Origin: Basidiobolus meristosporus CBS 931.73
Lineage: Eukaryota > Fungi > Basidiobolomycota
Direction of reading: 5' to 3'
DNA: 64,000 nt
Assembly: GCA_002104905.1 (NCBI GenBank)
Contig: MCFE01000037.1
Location: 62,001 to 126,000, forward strand
Shown: positions 39,560 through 52,400 of the stretch, one piece after another
How the letters are laid out: each line of letters starts with the position of its first letter
Position numbering within the stretch: the first letter of the stretch is position 1
The notes under the pieces: generated by a model
Seen by the model: only the letters and a program-made list of their open reading frames with translations
The model's database searches: none
What the model was told of the DNA's origin: nothing
Position numbers and translations under genes: made by a program

Positions 39560-40043
39560 GGGTAGTAGAAAATATGGGAATGAGCACATCTGTCAGTGGG
39601 TGTCACTGTGACCCCACTATAACAGTTGTTCATTTGTACCATATGCATGGTAGGTTGCATCCTGCATTGATTTTGGCAAGAAGTAGTGCTAGATCCTCAA
39701 AGCCCCCATTACTGATATTTGTGGAAATACACCACTTGTCTAGCCACAACATCATACTGTTCACAAGTAGATGGATTACTGGGCTCATTTGGCCCTATAA
39801 GGTTTCCTTGGCATTTTTTCACAGGCACTATTTCATTGCATATAGGGATTTGGCCAGGCCCATGCAGGGTACAGTTGTTAGGGTAGATAGGCTTAAAATC
39901 CATCTGTAAGCCTTCTTCTTCAGAGCTATCACTCTGGGTGCCATATTCAGAAGGCTGAGGTGAGCATAAAGGTCTCACAAACTCACCAAACTCAGATTGC
40001 TCAAGGTGCCAAGTATGGCTAGGTGCCAATATAAAAGTATCAA
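39560..40043 (-). pseudogene. CACTA transposase N-terminal fragment, cut by a CACTA terminus at 40044
   Basis: Homologous to 30160-30580. Confidence 0.7.
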
Positions 40044-42200
40044 CCCTATGAAAGATAATTGTGATGGTCCCATCACAAGGCCATTACAAAATTAAAGTGT
40101 TGTGACTAAGAGGTATTAAAATAAATGCACCCCTGATTACACAAAAACATAGTCAAAATTCTCATAACAACTATACATAAGTGGCTTTTAATTTGTCCTG
40201 TGCCAGTTTCTCACTTACTGATCACAGACACTCCATCACCTCCTATGCTTGTGTATCTTGATTGACTGTTGCCTTTTCTTCACACTCCTTGCTCTTTGAC
40301 TCAACTGATTCACTTACTTTATCTGCAACAAATTGATTCATTTCTGTAAAAACTTCAGTGGTACCTCAATTGCTAATTGTTTTGGCCTATACAAGCCCCA
40401 ATACAAAACGCTAACAATAAGTCCACCCCTTCACTCAATACATAATTCCATTAAAATCCACCATTCAATAAGTATTTCTGCTGTAATGCTCTTTCTCCAT
40501 GACTTTAGTGGGAACCCTGTGGCTTTGTGCCACTCTTCATTCACTGGTTCCCATATGCCCTGGTCTTCAGCCAGCACTGCAAGGTCTAGCACCTCATTTG
40601 CTAGTCTTTGCAAAAAATCCATGTGCTATTTCTTGAGCACTGCTCTTTAAGAAGTGTGGCAACTTCTTGGTGTGCCTATAAATGTTCCAAGATTTGGCTC
40701 TAGGCATGGTGATAGTCTTTTGAGTTCTTGACATTGCTGCTTTGTCTGTCAGTGGGATCTCCACTTTGTCTAATACGGTGGATGTGGAGACAGTGGTAGA
40801 CAAATTGCTTTTCTCAGCAAGCTCATCTGCCACACTTGAGTGTACCTCAACTGGCTGCACTTGCAACACTTGACAAAGCAGCTGATGCCTTGTAGGTAAT
40901 CCAACTCAGTTATGAGAGGATTCAGCCTGTTCTGGGCAGTCAGTGGTATATGGTGAGAGCTGCAGTATATTTCTCACTCTTCCTAGCCTCTGGCTTGGGT
41001 AGACCTTTTTCACATTACCTCTATTCTTAATACTCCCTGGTCTTTCATTACTACTTTGGCCAAGAGTTTCTTGTATTGTACTCTGTTTCTACTTGATGAA
41101 TGCTGCACTGGTGAATCTGCTTATGTCTGCTTATCCCTTGCCAGCACTGCTCCAGCATCCTGAGAATTCTTACCTGCTTGCTTGGAAATGATGGCCCAGC
41201 ATCTAAGAGGCTCCTGAAAGATCTGCAGGCTTTTATCACTGTCAAGTCCTTCACTGCTACTGTGACCAAGTGCTCAATATATGAGGCTTTGCTTTATTCT
41301 TAATGAATGCAGAAATGGCGCATCTATTATTGCCTGCTTGTCCATTGCTGCCACTCTATTGGCAACCTAGCATTTCTTTACTGCTTGTCTGAACCTTCCA
41401 CACCTGCTTGTGACAGGTTCCTGAGAAAGCTGTGGGCTTCTACATCTGTTAAGTCCTTCACTGCTACTACAACTGAGTGCTTCTTGTATTAAACAACATT
41501 ATCTCCTTGATCAATGCTGCACTGATGCTTTTGTTCCTACCTGCTGTACCTAACAGGCACTCTGCTGGCTACCTGATGTCTCTTTGCTGCTTGTTTGTAG
41601 CTTTCAGCCCTGCTTGTGACAAGCTCTTGAGGAAGCTGCTAATTTTAGACATAGACTTTTGTTCTTTTGCCTTTGAAAGGTTCTGCAATTCTTGAGATAC
41701 TTTCTAGCATACTAATACAGGACCAAGCTCTGTTTGCTTGCATGAGTCCAGGAGGATGCTCATGCAATAGGTTAAGTGCATTCTGATGGGCCTTGAGTTC
41801 CTAATGGTCCCATGGTATGGTGGCCTTAAGATGACACTGTGTCAGACTCCTAACAGCCACTTAAATATTAGCCCACTCTTCATCATGGCACTCAACAGCC
41901 TCATGAATCTTCAATGTCTTTTGATCTTTAGGTTTGAGTATACAGCAAGAGTCTCTCCCTCTCATGATGTGATAAGTTTTCTACAGGTTCTATCTTTGTG
42001 TACTGTTGTTGTTCTTCAAAGACTGTACAGTGCCTCTCTGCTGGTACATTGGGAAGTAGCTCAATTCATGGCTGTGAAATTGAGCAACTTGAGTTCTTTT
42101 TTGCAGCAAAAATACTGCATTCTCTGCATGGGATATTGATTGCTCTACACATATTGTTTGCTCATCATAATTCTGGACTATTTCCATTATGAGTAAACAA
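40044..42200 (-). mobile_element. CACTA end (terminus CCCTATGAAAGATAATTG at 40044) carrying the decayed accessory gene with an internal ~200-bp repeat block
   Basis: The subterminal region matches 48232-48640 and the reverse complement of 33750-34092; the accessory-gene C-terminal motif is at 40431-40622. Confidence 0.75.
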
Positions 42201-42229
42201 GCAGATTTTGGGTCTGCATTGGTATTCTA

Positions 42230-43600
42230 AGAAAGTATTTCAAGAATAGCAGAAACTATCAAAGGTAGAAGAATAAGGGTGACATGGCTAAAAACCAGCA
42301 GCTTCCTCAAGAGCTTGTCACAAGCAGGGCTGAAAGCTACAAACAAGTGGCATAGAAGTGTCAGATAGCTAGAAAAGTGCCTGTTAGAGGCAGGCAGGTG
42401 GAAACAGATGCATCAGTGCAGCATTTATCAAGGAGAAAATGTAGTGCAATACAAGAAGCACTAAGTTATTGTTGCAGTAAAGTACCTGATGGTTATAAAG
42501 ACTCATGGCTTTCTCAGGAGCCTATCACAAGTAGGGCTGGAAGGTCCACACTAGCAGCAAAAAGATGTTAGGTAGCCAATAGAGTGCCAGTAAGGGGCAT
42601 GCAGGCCAAAATAGATTAACCAGCTCTGCATTCAACAAGGAGACAACTAGGTACAATACAAGTAGCACTTGGTCACAGTAGCAGTGAAGGAGCTGATAGT
42701 GATAAAAATCTGCGGCTTTCTCAGAAGCCTTTCACAAGCAGGACTGATAGTTGCAAGCAAGTGGCTAAGAATTGTCAGGTTGCCAACAGAGGGCTGGCAA
42801 GTCACAAGCAGGCAAAACAGATCCACCAGTGCAGTACTTATCACGGAGAAAACAGAAAACAGAACAAGACACACTCTGTTAATGTAGCAGTGACAGATTT
42901 GGCAGTGACCAAGGTAAAGGCAAAATGAAAAAGGTCTACCCAAGCCAGAGACAGGAAAGCAAGAGAAAAAAGCTGCAGTTCTCTCCAATTAGTGCAGTCA
43001 GCCCAGCACAGGCTGAATCCTATATTAGCCAAGAAGAACTACCAATAAGACCTCAGCTACTTGCTCAAGTGTTGCAAGCACAGCCAATTGAGCTACAATC
43101 CAGCAAGGTAGATGCGTTTGCAGAGAAAAGCAAGTTGTCTGCCACTGCCTCTGCATCCTCAACTATAGGGTAACATGTGAATAATGGCATAAGTCAGGAG
43201 CTGATCACAAACAAGGTCCTTGTAACTGTAGAAAGTTCCAATCCAAAGCCAAGGAAACTATTGGCCAGTTGCCTTATGAAGCAATCTCTACAAATGAAGA
43301 AGTGCACCAAATACAGCCAGATATGGATGAGAATTCTGCCAATTCCAGCTCAGGACAGATTGTACCATCCAGGAGATGTAGTGGGACAAGAAATGCACTA
43401 GGATTGTTGTGGTGGACATCCATTGATTATGATGAATCTGAACTTGCCTTATGTGCTGAGCCACAAAATCTAAAACTGGCAGTTTAAGATCCCAGATGCC
43501 ACTATGTGATAAGCAGCCATACAGGCACAGTGTCAATTAATAATAAATGCAAAATGAGGGAACTAGTGAGCTTACCAAATGGTAGAATGCTATTACAGTG
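42230..43600 (+). pseudogene. Second decayed copy of the CACTA accessory gene (repeat block plus downstream part), inverted relative to 40300-41650
   Basis: 42300-42910 is homologous to the reverse complement of 41050-41640, and 43050-43150 to that of 40800-40900. Confidence 0.7.
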
Positions 43601-43638
43601 TAGATGGGTCTACAAGATCAGAATAATATCAAACTATG

Positions 43639-44230
43639 CTCCATAAAAGAAATAATCTTGTCCTGCTGATGGATCTGATCTGGATCAGCCATAAGGATCC
43701 TGCTATAAGGCCTTCATAAGGCCAGGGGCTTGGAACTCTTGACCCACTTTGTAATGTATGGCAGGGTTATGATGATTTTGTGCTGATTTTACTGCTAATT
43801 AAACTTGATGGTGTATAGGCAGTCCTTGGTTGGTATTTGCATGGCATTCAAACAGTCTTAATGCAGTGTATGTATGTTTGAGCCAACCAAGCCATCCAGT
43901 ACATGCAGCTGCCATATATAAAATTGATTGTTGGTATTTGTATGGTCTTAATGTGGAAATTTATAGGCATTAAAACAGCATTTTAGCAGCCCACAGCCAG
44001 TTGTATATAATGCTACCATAGCAGCTTACAAAATGGTATTTGCTTTGTCTATCTCCCCTTGTGCCATTCATAAGTCACATTGTATGGTCACCCCAGTTTT
44101 TTGGTTACCTACTGCTACCATAGGTAGTCCACATATAGTTCAGATCAAAAAAACTACGGCATCATGCCAACTAACTTCTACATACATGCATACCTACAGC
44201 AATTAACACCCTCCTATCACCTCAACAATA
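43639..44230 (-). mobile_element. Degenerate CACTA transposase-side end
   Basis: Degenerate terminus CTCCATAAAAGAAATAATC; homologous to 58167-58770. Confidence 0.6.
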
Positions 44231-44234
44231 TATA

Positions 44235-45072
44235 TATACTATCTCATTTTCATCAGTGATGGTATACCCACAGATTTTGTCTCACCCACCAGCAGGGTAA
44301 TTCTGTTATTTAAATTTTTTATTTCTTCTTCTGAGAGCATCTTTGTCATATAGAATTTTTGTCTAAAATACATTTTCTTAGCAGCTGAACATGACTGGTA
44401 AGTGTATTCTAATGCCTTCCAAGCATTCTTTGCTGTTTTTGCTTTGAGCATTGATATAGCAATTTGTCCTTGACATTAATGCAAATGCAGTAAAATGCAC
44501 TTTGATTTTTCTTCTAGTACTTTGAGGATTCCTCTTGAGTGTTCTTAGGAGGGCATTCTTGTCCCATGACAATATCGCAAAGGCCTCTTTCTTGTAGCAG
44601 CATCTTCATCTTTACCTTCCACACTTGGTAGCTAAATCCAACAAACTTTTCAGCAGAGGGAAAAGCTCCAGTAAAAGCAGTAGTCAGCATGGCGGAGAGT
44701 GACAGCTTGAGGCTCATGACCTGTTGTAAGAGTCTTGTGGGATATTAGATGTGATTTGGGAGTACAAGTAGATTATGTAGTTAACACCTAATAACTTATT
44801 GAATGTAAAGGTGGTTTTTATATATTTACATGGTCTTGGCAAAACAAGCACATAGAATAGGCTTAAGAAGGTCCCAAGAAAATGTGTGCAAAGTTTTGGG
44901 CTGTTTGAACAACTTTGAGAATTTTTTATGTTATGGGTACATGATATTTTGATGAAAATACTCCAAGTAAATTCAAACAAGAATTTTTGTCAGAATTCTC
45001 TGCAATTTGAAGGTACAATCTAAGTGACCAAGTTAGGTGAATATTTAGGTGGAATTACAATTTTTTACAACA
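44235..45072 (-). mobile_element. Ty1/copia 5' fragment: complete 351-bp LTR (45072-44722), PBS and gag N-terminus
   Basis: TGTTGT...ACAACA, then GGTCATGAGCC, then gag (EKFVGFSYQVWKVKMKMLLQERGL; AKNAWKALEYTY; MYFRQKFY). Same family as 18270-22206. Confidence 0.9.
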
Positions 45073-45079
45073 TGTACAA

Positions 45080-48000
45080 CAATGGTCATTAGTATGGAAA
45101 TACTGTTAATGAGTATATACAGTGTTCCAAATGGAAAGCTTTTGCTCTAACAGACTCCCTCTATCTTGGGTATCTCTAGTTTTTGATTAATTCCATATTC
45201 TGTCCAATAACCTGTAGCTTGTCAGCTTTACTACAATTATTAGCTGACTACTGTATGATCTCTCTGTGGGAAGTTGATGTTGTTAGTGTCAGCGTTAGAA
45301 TAATGATAATATGTGTGATTTGTGGGGTTGTATGGCATTATGCATATTTTACTGAAAATAAAATACAAACTTGACAGTGTTTTAACAGACTTTTGACAAG
45401 ATTGTATTGCATTATAGTGATCTCCAAACACTCAATATTCATTTGAGCAGACCTAGCTGGCCAATATAGCTAATTGCCTTGTATGGCAAAAAAACTGATG
45501 GTGTTCTGACTGCATAATTGCAAATCTTGGCTGGCATTATAATGGCAGCATAGCAGCCTACAGCTAGTTCTGTATAATGCCACTATACCAGTTTACCAAG
45601 GGTATTTGCTTTTTCTACCTATCCTTGTGCCATTCATTTGTTCCACTGTAGAATCATCCCTCCTTATTTGCCTAACCACTGTACCTTGCATATTCCACAT
45701 ATAGTTTGAATCAAAAAAACCTATGGCTGCTTGCTGATCAATCTCTACAAACATGCATACCTGCTACAATTGGCATACTTCTATTGCGTCAACTTGGCAG
45801 CTTGACATTGCAATACTTGCCAAGTTGTCATATACTTTGTATTGCTTGTAATCTTGGATACAAATGCTTGGTTGCCGCCATTGTTGCCATGAGTACATCC
45901 TGAATATCTGCAAAGAACTTCTTGGTATTTGACCACTATAGTCCTTATCCCTGCTGAGTTCTAATTACCATTTGAAGTACACTCTGGCTCTTGTATATAT
46001 AAATTCTCTATGAAATGGTGTAGCAATTGGCTTCTAATCACAAAGAGCCCTGCACACTTTAGTAGAGTTGTTGTAATAACAACCAATGCTTGTTACACCC
46101 AACCCAACTACCATTACTTAACTGCTGACCCCTGCTTGGGGACTACTTAGCTTCTCAGTGCCAAAGGCAGAGGTGACTCCATGTGCACATTGGTCTGCAG
46201 TATTTCCCAACTCCTCCAGGCTGTCCTGCATGCACCAACCTATTGTTGAAATATTGTACTATTGGGTATCATTCAACAGCTAAAAATTACTTAACAATTC
46301 TAGACTAGTATTAGTCACTGTAGGACTTATTTGCTGCCCCAACTTGGCCAGTTTCTTCACATCTATGATCCTACAACTATTCACCTATAGTGAAGAACAA
46401 ATTCACACTTTTTACCAAACATTTTGTACTTACCCTGAAACAGTTGCAGAATGCTCCTGAATGTTAAGAAACCCTCCTTACTTAGTGTTGCAGCAGTATT
46501 ACTTCTACAAAGGTATAAATACTGATCCTCTGTATGAATAAACAACAGTTTAATTATTATCACTATATCTTGTTAAGTACCTTATATCCAAATCACTTCC
46601 TAAATTGCAACACCCATCACATTCATGATGGACTTGTGGGTACTATTCTTAATGGGAATGGCAACAGAAATACCTGCAACTTGACTTGCCTACCTATCTC
46701 TCCACATATCCACTCTGTAGGCAACAGGTGAAGCAAGGGCCATTATTTCCACTCATAACGCCAGATGGAGTGGAGAATGAAACAATAGCAGCAGGTATCT
46801 AAGCATTCAGCTTTGTGCTTGTAGTATTGCTACTGATATCTGTCACAAACTCCTGGCGTAAAAGCTGTGGATGTGTCAAGTTGGCATTGGTGCTCCCCTT
46901 CTGGATATATATTTCTACAATATTAACATAAAACTCCCAGTGTGTCCAATGTATTCTTGGTTAAAATGGCCTCAGAAGGCCACTGTAGTGAATATATTTC
47001 CAGTTCAGCAAGTCCTTGCACTTGAATTGTCTCATATGTGTGTGAATATTGGTTGGAGCAGGTGAGAAGTAATTTAGGTAGCAGATGATCTGTAACATCT
47101 TGCCAATTCTCTCAAATTTCTCCGGTATCTTGAAGGGCTCATTCAGCATTAAATGCCCCATGTACAACTTGGTAATCAGTATAACAATATTGTTGAAAAG
47201 CAAATGCACTGCTCTCAGAGGAAGGCTTTTGCTCCAACAAATACCCTGTATCTTAAGTATCTCAGGTTTCCAATTTACCCCATATTATGGTTGATGGCTT
47301 ATAGCTTGCTAACTTAGTTGTAATGCATGCCAACTTCTGTATGTTCACTGTGTGTGAAGACATTGCTATTAGTGTTCATGCTTGAATAATAATAATGTTT
47401 GTGAGTTATGACATAAATCCCCTGGATCTCATACATTCAACAGCAATACTGACCATTCTGCCCAGAAAAGCTAGCTATCTTGCTGATGGCTGGTGTATTT
47501 CTCTTCTAGATGAAAACATACACTTTGATGTAATGGCCATTTAGTGGTATACAGCTGGGAAGCATACAAAACTTATCCAGCAGTGAATACAGGTAGCCAA
47601 CCAGGCTGGATGGTAGATTAGGCCACATATCTGGGAGGCTACCATCAGAGTTTTGTTCCAATACCGTAAGATAGGCGGCAGATACAGGTCATCAAGAAGT
47701 AGTGGCCAGCAGAACTTACTAGCAGATTAATTGTTTATTGAGAGACCATCAGGTCCAGAGGTAAAGGCAGGGTTGTACATGTCTTCTGAGTAGTCCTTGC
47801 TTCTTAATTGTTGGTTGTGCTTGCTACTTAATAGTTTGTAAATTTTTTGCATCATTGCTACTGAGTATAGTACTTTATAGCATTACAATATTTGTGAGAT
47901 TGCCTTATATTCCTTAGGCAAGGTGGTACCTGAAATAATCCCCAATGTCAGCTAGGCTTCAATGATTCATTGATTTCTAGCATACTTGACACTTTGTAAC

Positions 48001-48231
48001 TGTGGCAATTTCTGATATAAATGCCATACATTAATTAAATCATTCCAGTACTGGATTGGTGTTTGGGCCATATGCTGCCAGTTGTATTATAGAAGCTCAT
48101 TTGACCCATGTAGATGGTCAGTTGCATCTTAGAACAATTTTGCCAGGAATTAGTAGTTATTCCGTAAAGTCCCCATAGCTGATATTGGTAGGTACATGCA
48201 ATTCTTTCAGTCAGTTCACCATACCACTGAC
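45080..48231 (-). mobile_element. Rearranged decayed CACTA transposase copies
   Basis: MHLLFNNI...PTNIHTHMRQFKCKDLLNW and other Tnp2-like segments; interrupted by a solo LTR. Confidence 0.75.
46244..46612 (-). repeat. Solo LTR (369 bp, TGTTG...CAACA), TSD CCTAT/CCCAT
   Basis: Same family as 36668-37036, opposite orientation; host CACTA sequence is continuous across it. Confidence 0.87.
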
Positions 48232-49483
48232 CCCTATGAAAATAATTGTGATGATCCCATTGCAAGGCTGTCACAAGACCTTAATACCATGACTAAGAGG
48301 TACTGATGCAATGAAGAGACTATACAAAGATCATCAAATATTCTGTACTCCAGATTTCACAAAAAATCTGGTCCAAATATATCATTACAGTAATACATAA
48401 GTTGCTTTTAATTGGGTCTCTACCAGTCTTCTCACTTTCTGATCCCAGACACTCAACCATCTCCTATGTTTGTGTACACTGATTGCTTATTGCATCTGTT
48501 TAACTCCTTACTTCCTAACTCAACTAATGCACTTACTTCTCTTGCAGGCAAATAGGTTAGGTTCCATTCAATCCTTATTTGTGACCCAATTTTAAGTTGT
48601 ACTGAGCTATATTGGTCCCTATGCCCAATACCAGCATCAGTCCTAACCTCTCACTTAAGTAGTACCTCCATTAAAATCCAACTTTCAATAATTATTTCTG
48701 CTGTGACACCCTTTTTCCTGGGTTTTGGGGAGAACCTTGCAGCTTTATGCCATTGTTCACTCACTGGTAGTCATACATGTTGGTCTTCAGCCGGCATGAC
48801 AAGTTGTAGCCTCTCATCTGCCAGTCTTTGTAATAAGTCTGTGCAAGATATATGGCAACTTTGCAAGTATCACACAAAAACCTGTAAAGTTGAGGTGATA
48901 GAAGTATGTCAATTGTGGCAGGTGTGCATGTTTGTAGAGAGTAGTAAGCCAGAGGCAATAGTTTTTTTGATTCAAACTATATGTAGAATACCCAAGGTAG
49001 TAGTGGGTAGCAAATAAAGTGGGGTGATTCTACATTGGAACATATGAATTGCACAAGGGGCGGTAGAAAAAAGAAATACCATATATTGAATTGGTAGGGT
49101 AGCATAATATAGAACTAACTTCAGGCTGCCACACTGCCATTGTAATACCATCAACGGCTTACAATGAGTCCATCCAAACACCATCAAGTTTTTTGCCACA
49201 CAAGGCAATTGGATGTTCTGGCTGGTTAGATCCACTCAATTGGTTACAGAATGCACTAAGACTGCAAAAATGCCATGCAACTCTTAGCTAAGTACTACTC
49301 AAACACTGTTGTGCTTTGAACTTTATTTGATAGCTAAATTAGCCAAATACTTTTGTGATCCCAACATATGATTGTGTACAGGGTCATCAATTCCAAGCTG
49401 CTAGTATTATAATGGTGTCCTGATTGGATCCTGATGGCTGGTTGGGACTGGTTCCAACTGCAGGACCAAATAATTTCTAAGGG
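48232..49483. mobile_element. 1.25-kb non-autonomous internal-deletion derivative of the CACTA family with both termini
   Basis: Left CCCTATGAAAATAATTG; right end reads CCCTTAGAAATTATTTGGTCC on the minus strand. The accessory-gene 3' end is fused to the transposase 3' end at about 48840. Confidence 0.75.
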
Positions 49484-49489
49484 ATCATG

Positions 49490-52400
49490 TTTTTACCAAG
49501 GGAACATACAGAAGTCAGCATGCAATTGCAGCAAATTTGCAAGCTTTAAGCCATTGGCCAGAGCATGGAAGTAATCAGAAGCCAGAGATACACAAGATAA
49601 TAGGTATTTGTTGGAGCAGAAGCTTTTGACTGAGAGCAATCCATTTCCTGCTCAATAATGTCCCTGTACTAGTGACCTAGTTGTACATGGGACATTTCAA
49701 GCTGAATGAGCCCTTTGCAATACTAGAGATGCTTAAAAGAATTTGCAAGATATTATGGAGTATCTGCTGCTTCATGTACTTCTCACAAGCTTCTATCAAT
49801 ATTCATACACGTATGCAACAATTCAAATTCAAGGGACGGATGTGTTATGATCTACCCCTTGCATGTTAAAGTTAGACCAGTGTTTAGTCAAATCAATTGG
49901 TTATATGTTTAGCCTATCAGTATATCAGTGTTATCTATCAAATCAGTAGCATTAGCCAGCAAATAGATCAGCAGATCCTTATCAGACAGAAATAGTTATA
50001 TTAAGTAGGATCTTATTGGGTGATGATAATGCAATCAAAGGAGTCATCAGCCACAACCTACACTACAAAATACAATCAGTCAGCAATTAATCTGGCAAAA
50101 TGCATTTAAGGAGCTGCTGGAACCTCAATAAGAATCAGCTCAAGTTTTAGTGAAAACAATACTAGCTAAACTCCCTATTCCTCTATCACTCTTATACCAA
50201 GACTTGTAACTTAGGTAGCAGCATTACTAGAGTATTTCTCAGCCGGTAAGGATGAAGATCAATGACTATGAAGAAGACCTACAGGCCTAGATATTTGGGA
50301 ACTGCAAGTTTGACCTTTTACTTGGAAAAGCCTAGCTATTTTGTTGTAATCCATCAATTAACTGGAGTACACAAGCTACTCAGATCCAGGAGTACAACAA
50401 GACCCATAATCTATTAACTACCAGACTGGATTTCAATTTGGTCAATTCCAGTGTTTGTGAAACAAGTGAACTTGGCAAGACACAGTTCTGTAGAGCACTT
50501 AGAAAAGGCACCCAGATTTTCCTTATGGCTGTATTACAGCAGGATCCCCCCATTCCAGCACCCCAGAGGGTCCAGACTTTCTTGAAGGAATATTCAGACA
50601 TATTTCCAGATGAACTTGTATCCTACCATCAGTCAGAGATATGGATCATGACATTGAAACAGGAGATAGCCCTCCAGTGAGTCAGAAACCTTATAGAATG
50701 AGTCCATTGGTGTTGGAGGAGATGAAGAGACAAATAGATCAGTTATTGGAGCAAGGATACATTAGACCCAGCAAGTCACCTTGGGGAGCACCAGTACCAC
50801 TTGTGAAAAAAAGTATGGAACACCTAGGATATGGATTGACTACAGAGCCCTCAACTTGGTTACCATGAAGAGTAGATACCCTATACCTTGGGTTGATGAG
50901 CTTCTGGACCAACCCAATGGAGCTATCATATCCAGCAAGACTGACCTTATATCAGGATACTACCAGAGCAGGGTGAAACTAGAAGACATCCCTAAGACAG
51001 CATTCAGGACCAGTTATGGACATTACAAGTACTTGGTCATGAGTTTTGGCCCCACCAATGCCCCAGCAACATTTATGACCCTGATGCAGATTGTCTTCCA
51101 GGAGTACTTAGATAAGTTTGTAATAATCTACCTAAATGACATATCAATATACAGCAAGACACAATGAGATCACGTGGTGCACATTGAAAAGGTATTGAAG
51201 AAGCTAAGAGTGAACATGCAATATGGCAAGTAAGCCAAGTGTGAAATTGTCAAGGAACACATTGAATATCTGGAATACATATTGACTAGCAAATGAGTGG
51301 CCTTAGACCCTAAGAAGGTAGAAGTTATCAAGAATCCAAAGTAGCCCATTGCATAGCAGAACTCAGATCATTCCTTGGAATGGTCTCCTATTAATGGAGA
51401 TTTGACAAGTCCTTTGCAAATATTGCAGCTCCTGTAACTGCTATCCTCATGAAATACAACACCTACAAGTGGGACATTGCCTATTAGACTGCCTTTCAGA
51501 TGCTCAAGAGTGAGCTGGCTAAGCTGCCAAGTTTAACAATACCTGACTTCAGAAAACAGTTTACTCTGTGCACAGATGCTTCAGAATATGCAATTGGTGG
51601 AGTGTTGAGCCAAGAACACAAGTGAAAGGACTACCCAGTTGCCTTTGAATCAAAGAAACTGAACTCAGCAGAGCAGAACCATTAAGTGCATGAGAAGGAG
51701 ATGCTTGCTATACCAAACTGCTCAATGATATGGAGATGCTATATTGAAGGAGTCAAGTGTACTGTGAAGACTGGTCACACCTGCCTCAGGTATACATTTA
51801 CTCTGAGGTACTCTTCAGAAGAATGACAACATGGTGTGAATACATTCAGCAATTTTATTTGGAGATTGTCTACTGCTCTGGGAAAAACTACACAGTTGCT
51901 GATGCCTTATCAAGATCAGAACAAGTTGCACAACTCAACTTGGTGCATGAATCAGATTGGCCTAGCTTTTTACCAAAGTACTTGGAGGACCAAGACAATC
52001 CTAATGAGATGGATGAAGAGATTAAGAAGATAATCTGGGATGAAGTCAGCAAATTTATGGTACAGGATGAAACACTTTACCAAATTGTTGATGGAAGACC
52101 TAATGCCTATAGCCCTTATATTACTTGCCTGGATTTAATACATGTGCTACGCAATGGATATGGACATCTTGGAATTGCAGGAACTTACAGCCTTGTGAAA
52201 GCCAGAGCATGGTGGCCTAGGATAAAACAAGATATTGAGTAGTTAGTTAAAACATCCCCAAATTGCCAAATCAACCAAGGCCAACCACAGAGAAATGCCA
52301 GACTCTTTCCCTTGGAGCCTATAATACCTTTTGAAAGATGGGGAATTGACTTTATTGGAAGACTGCCAACTACCAGGAAATGCAACTGTGGTATCCTAGT

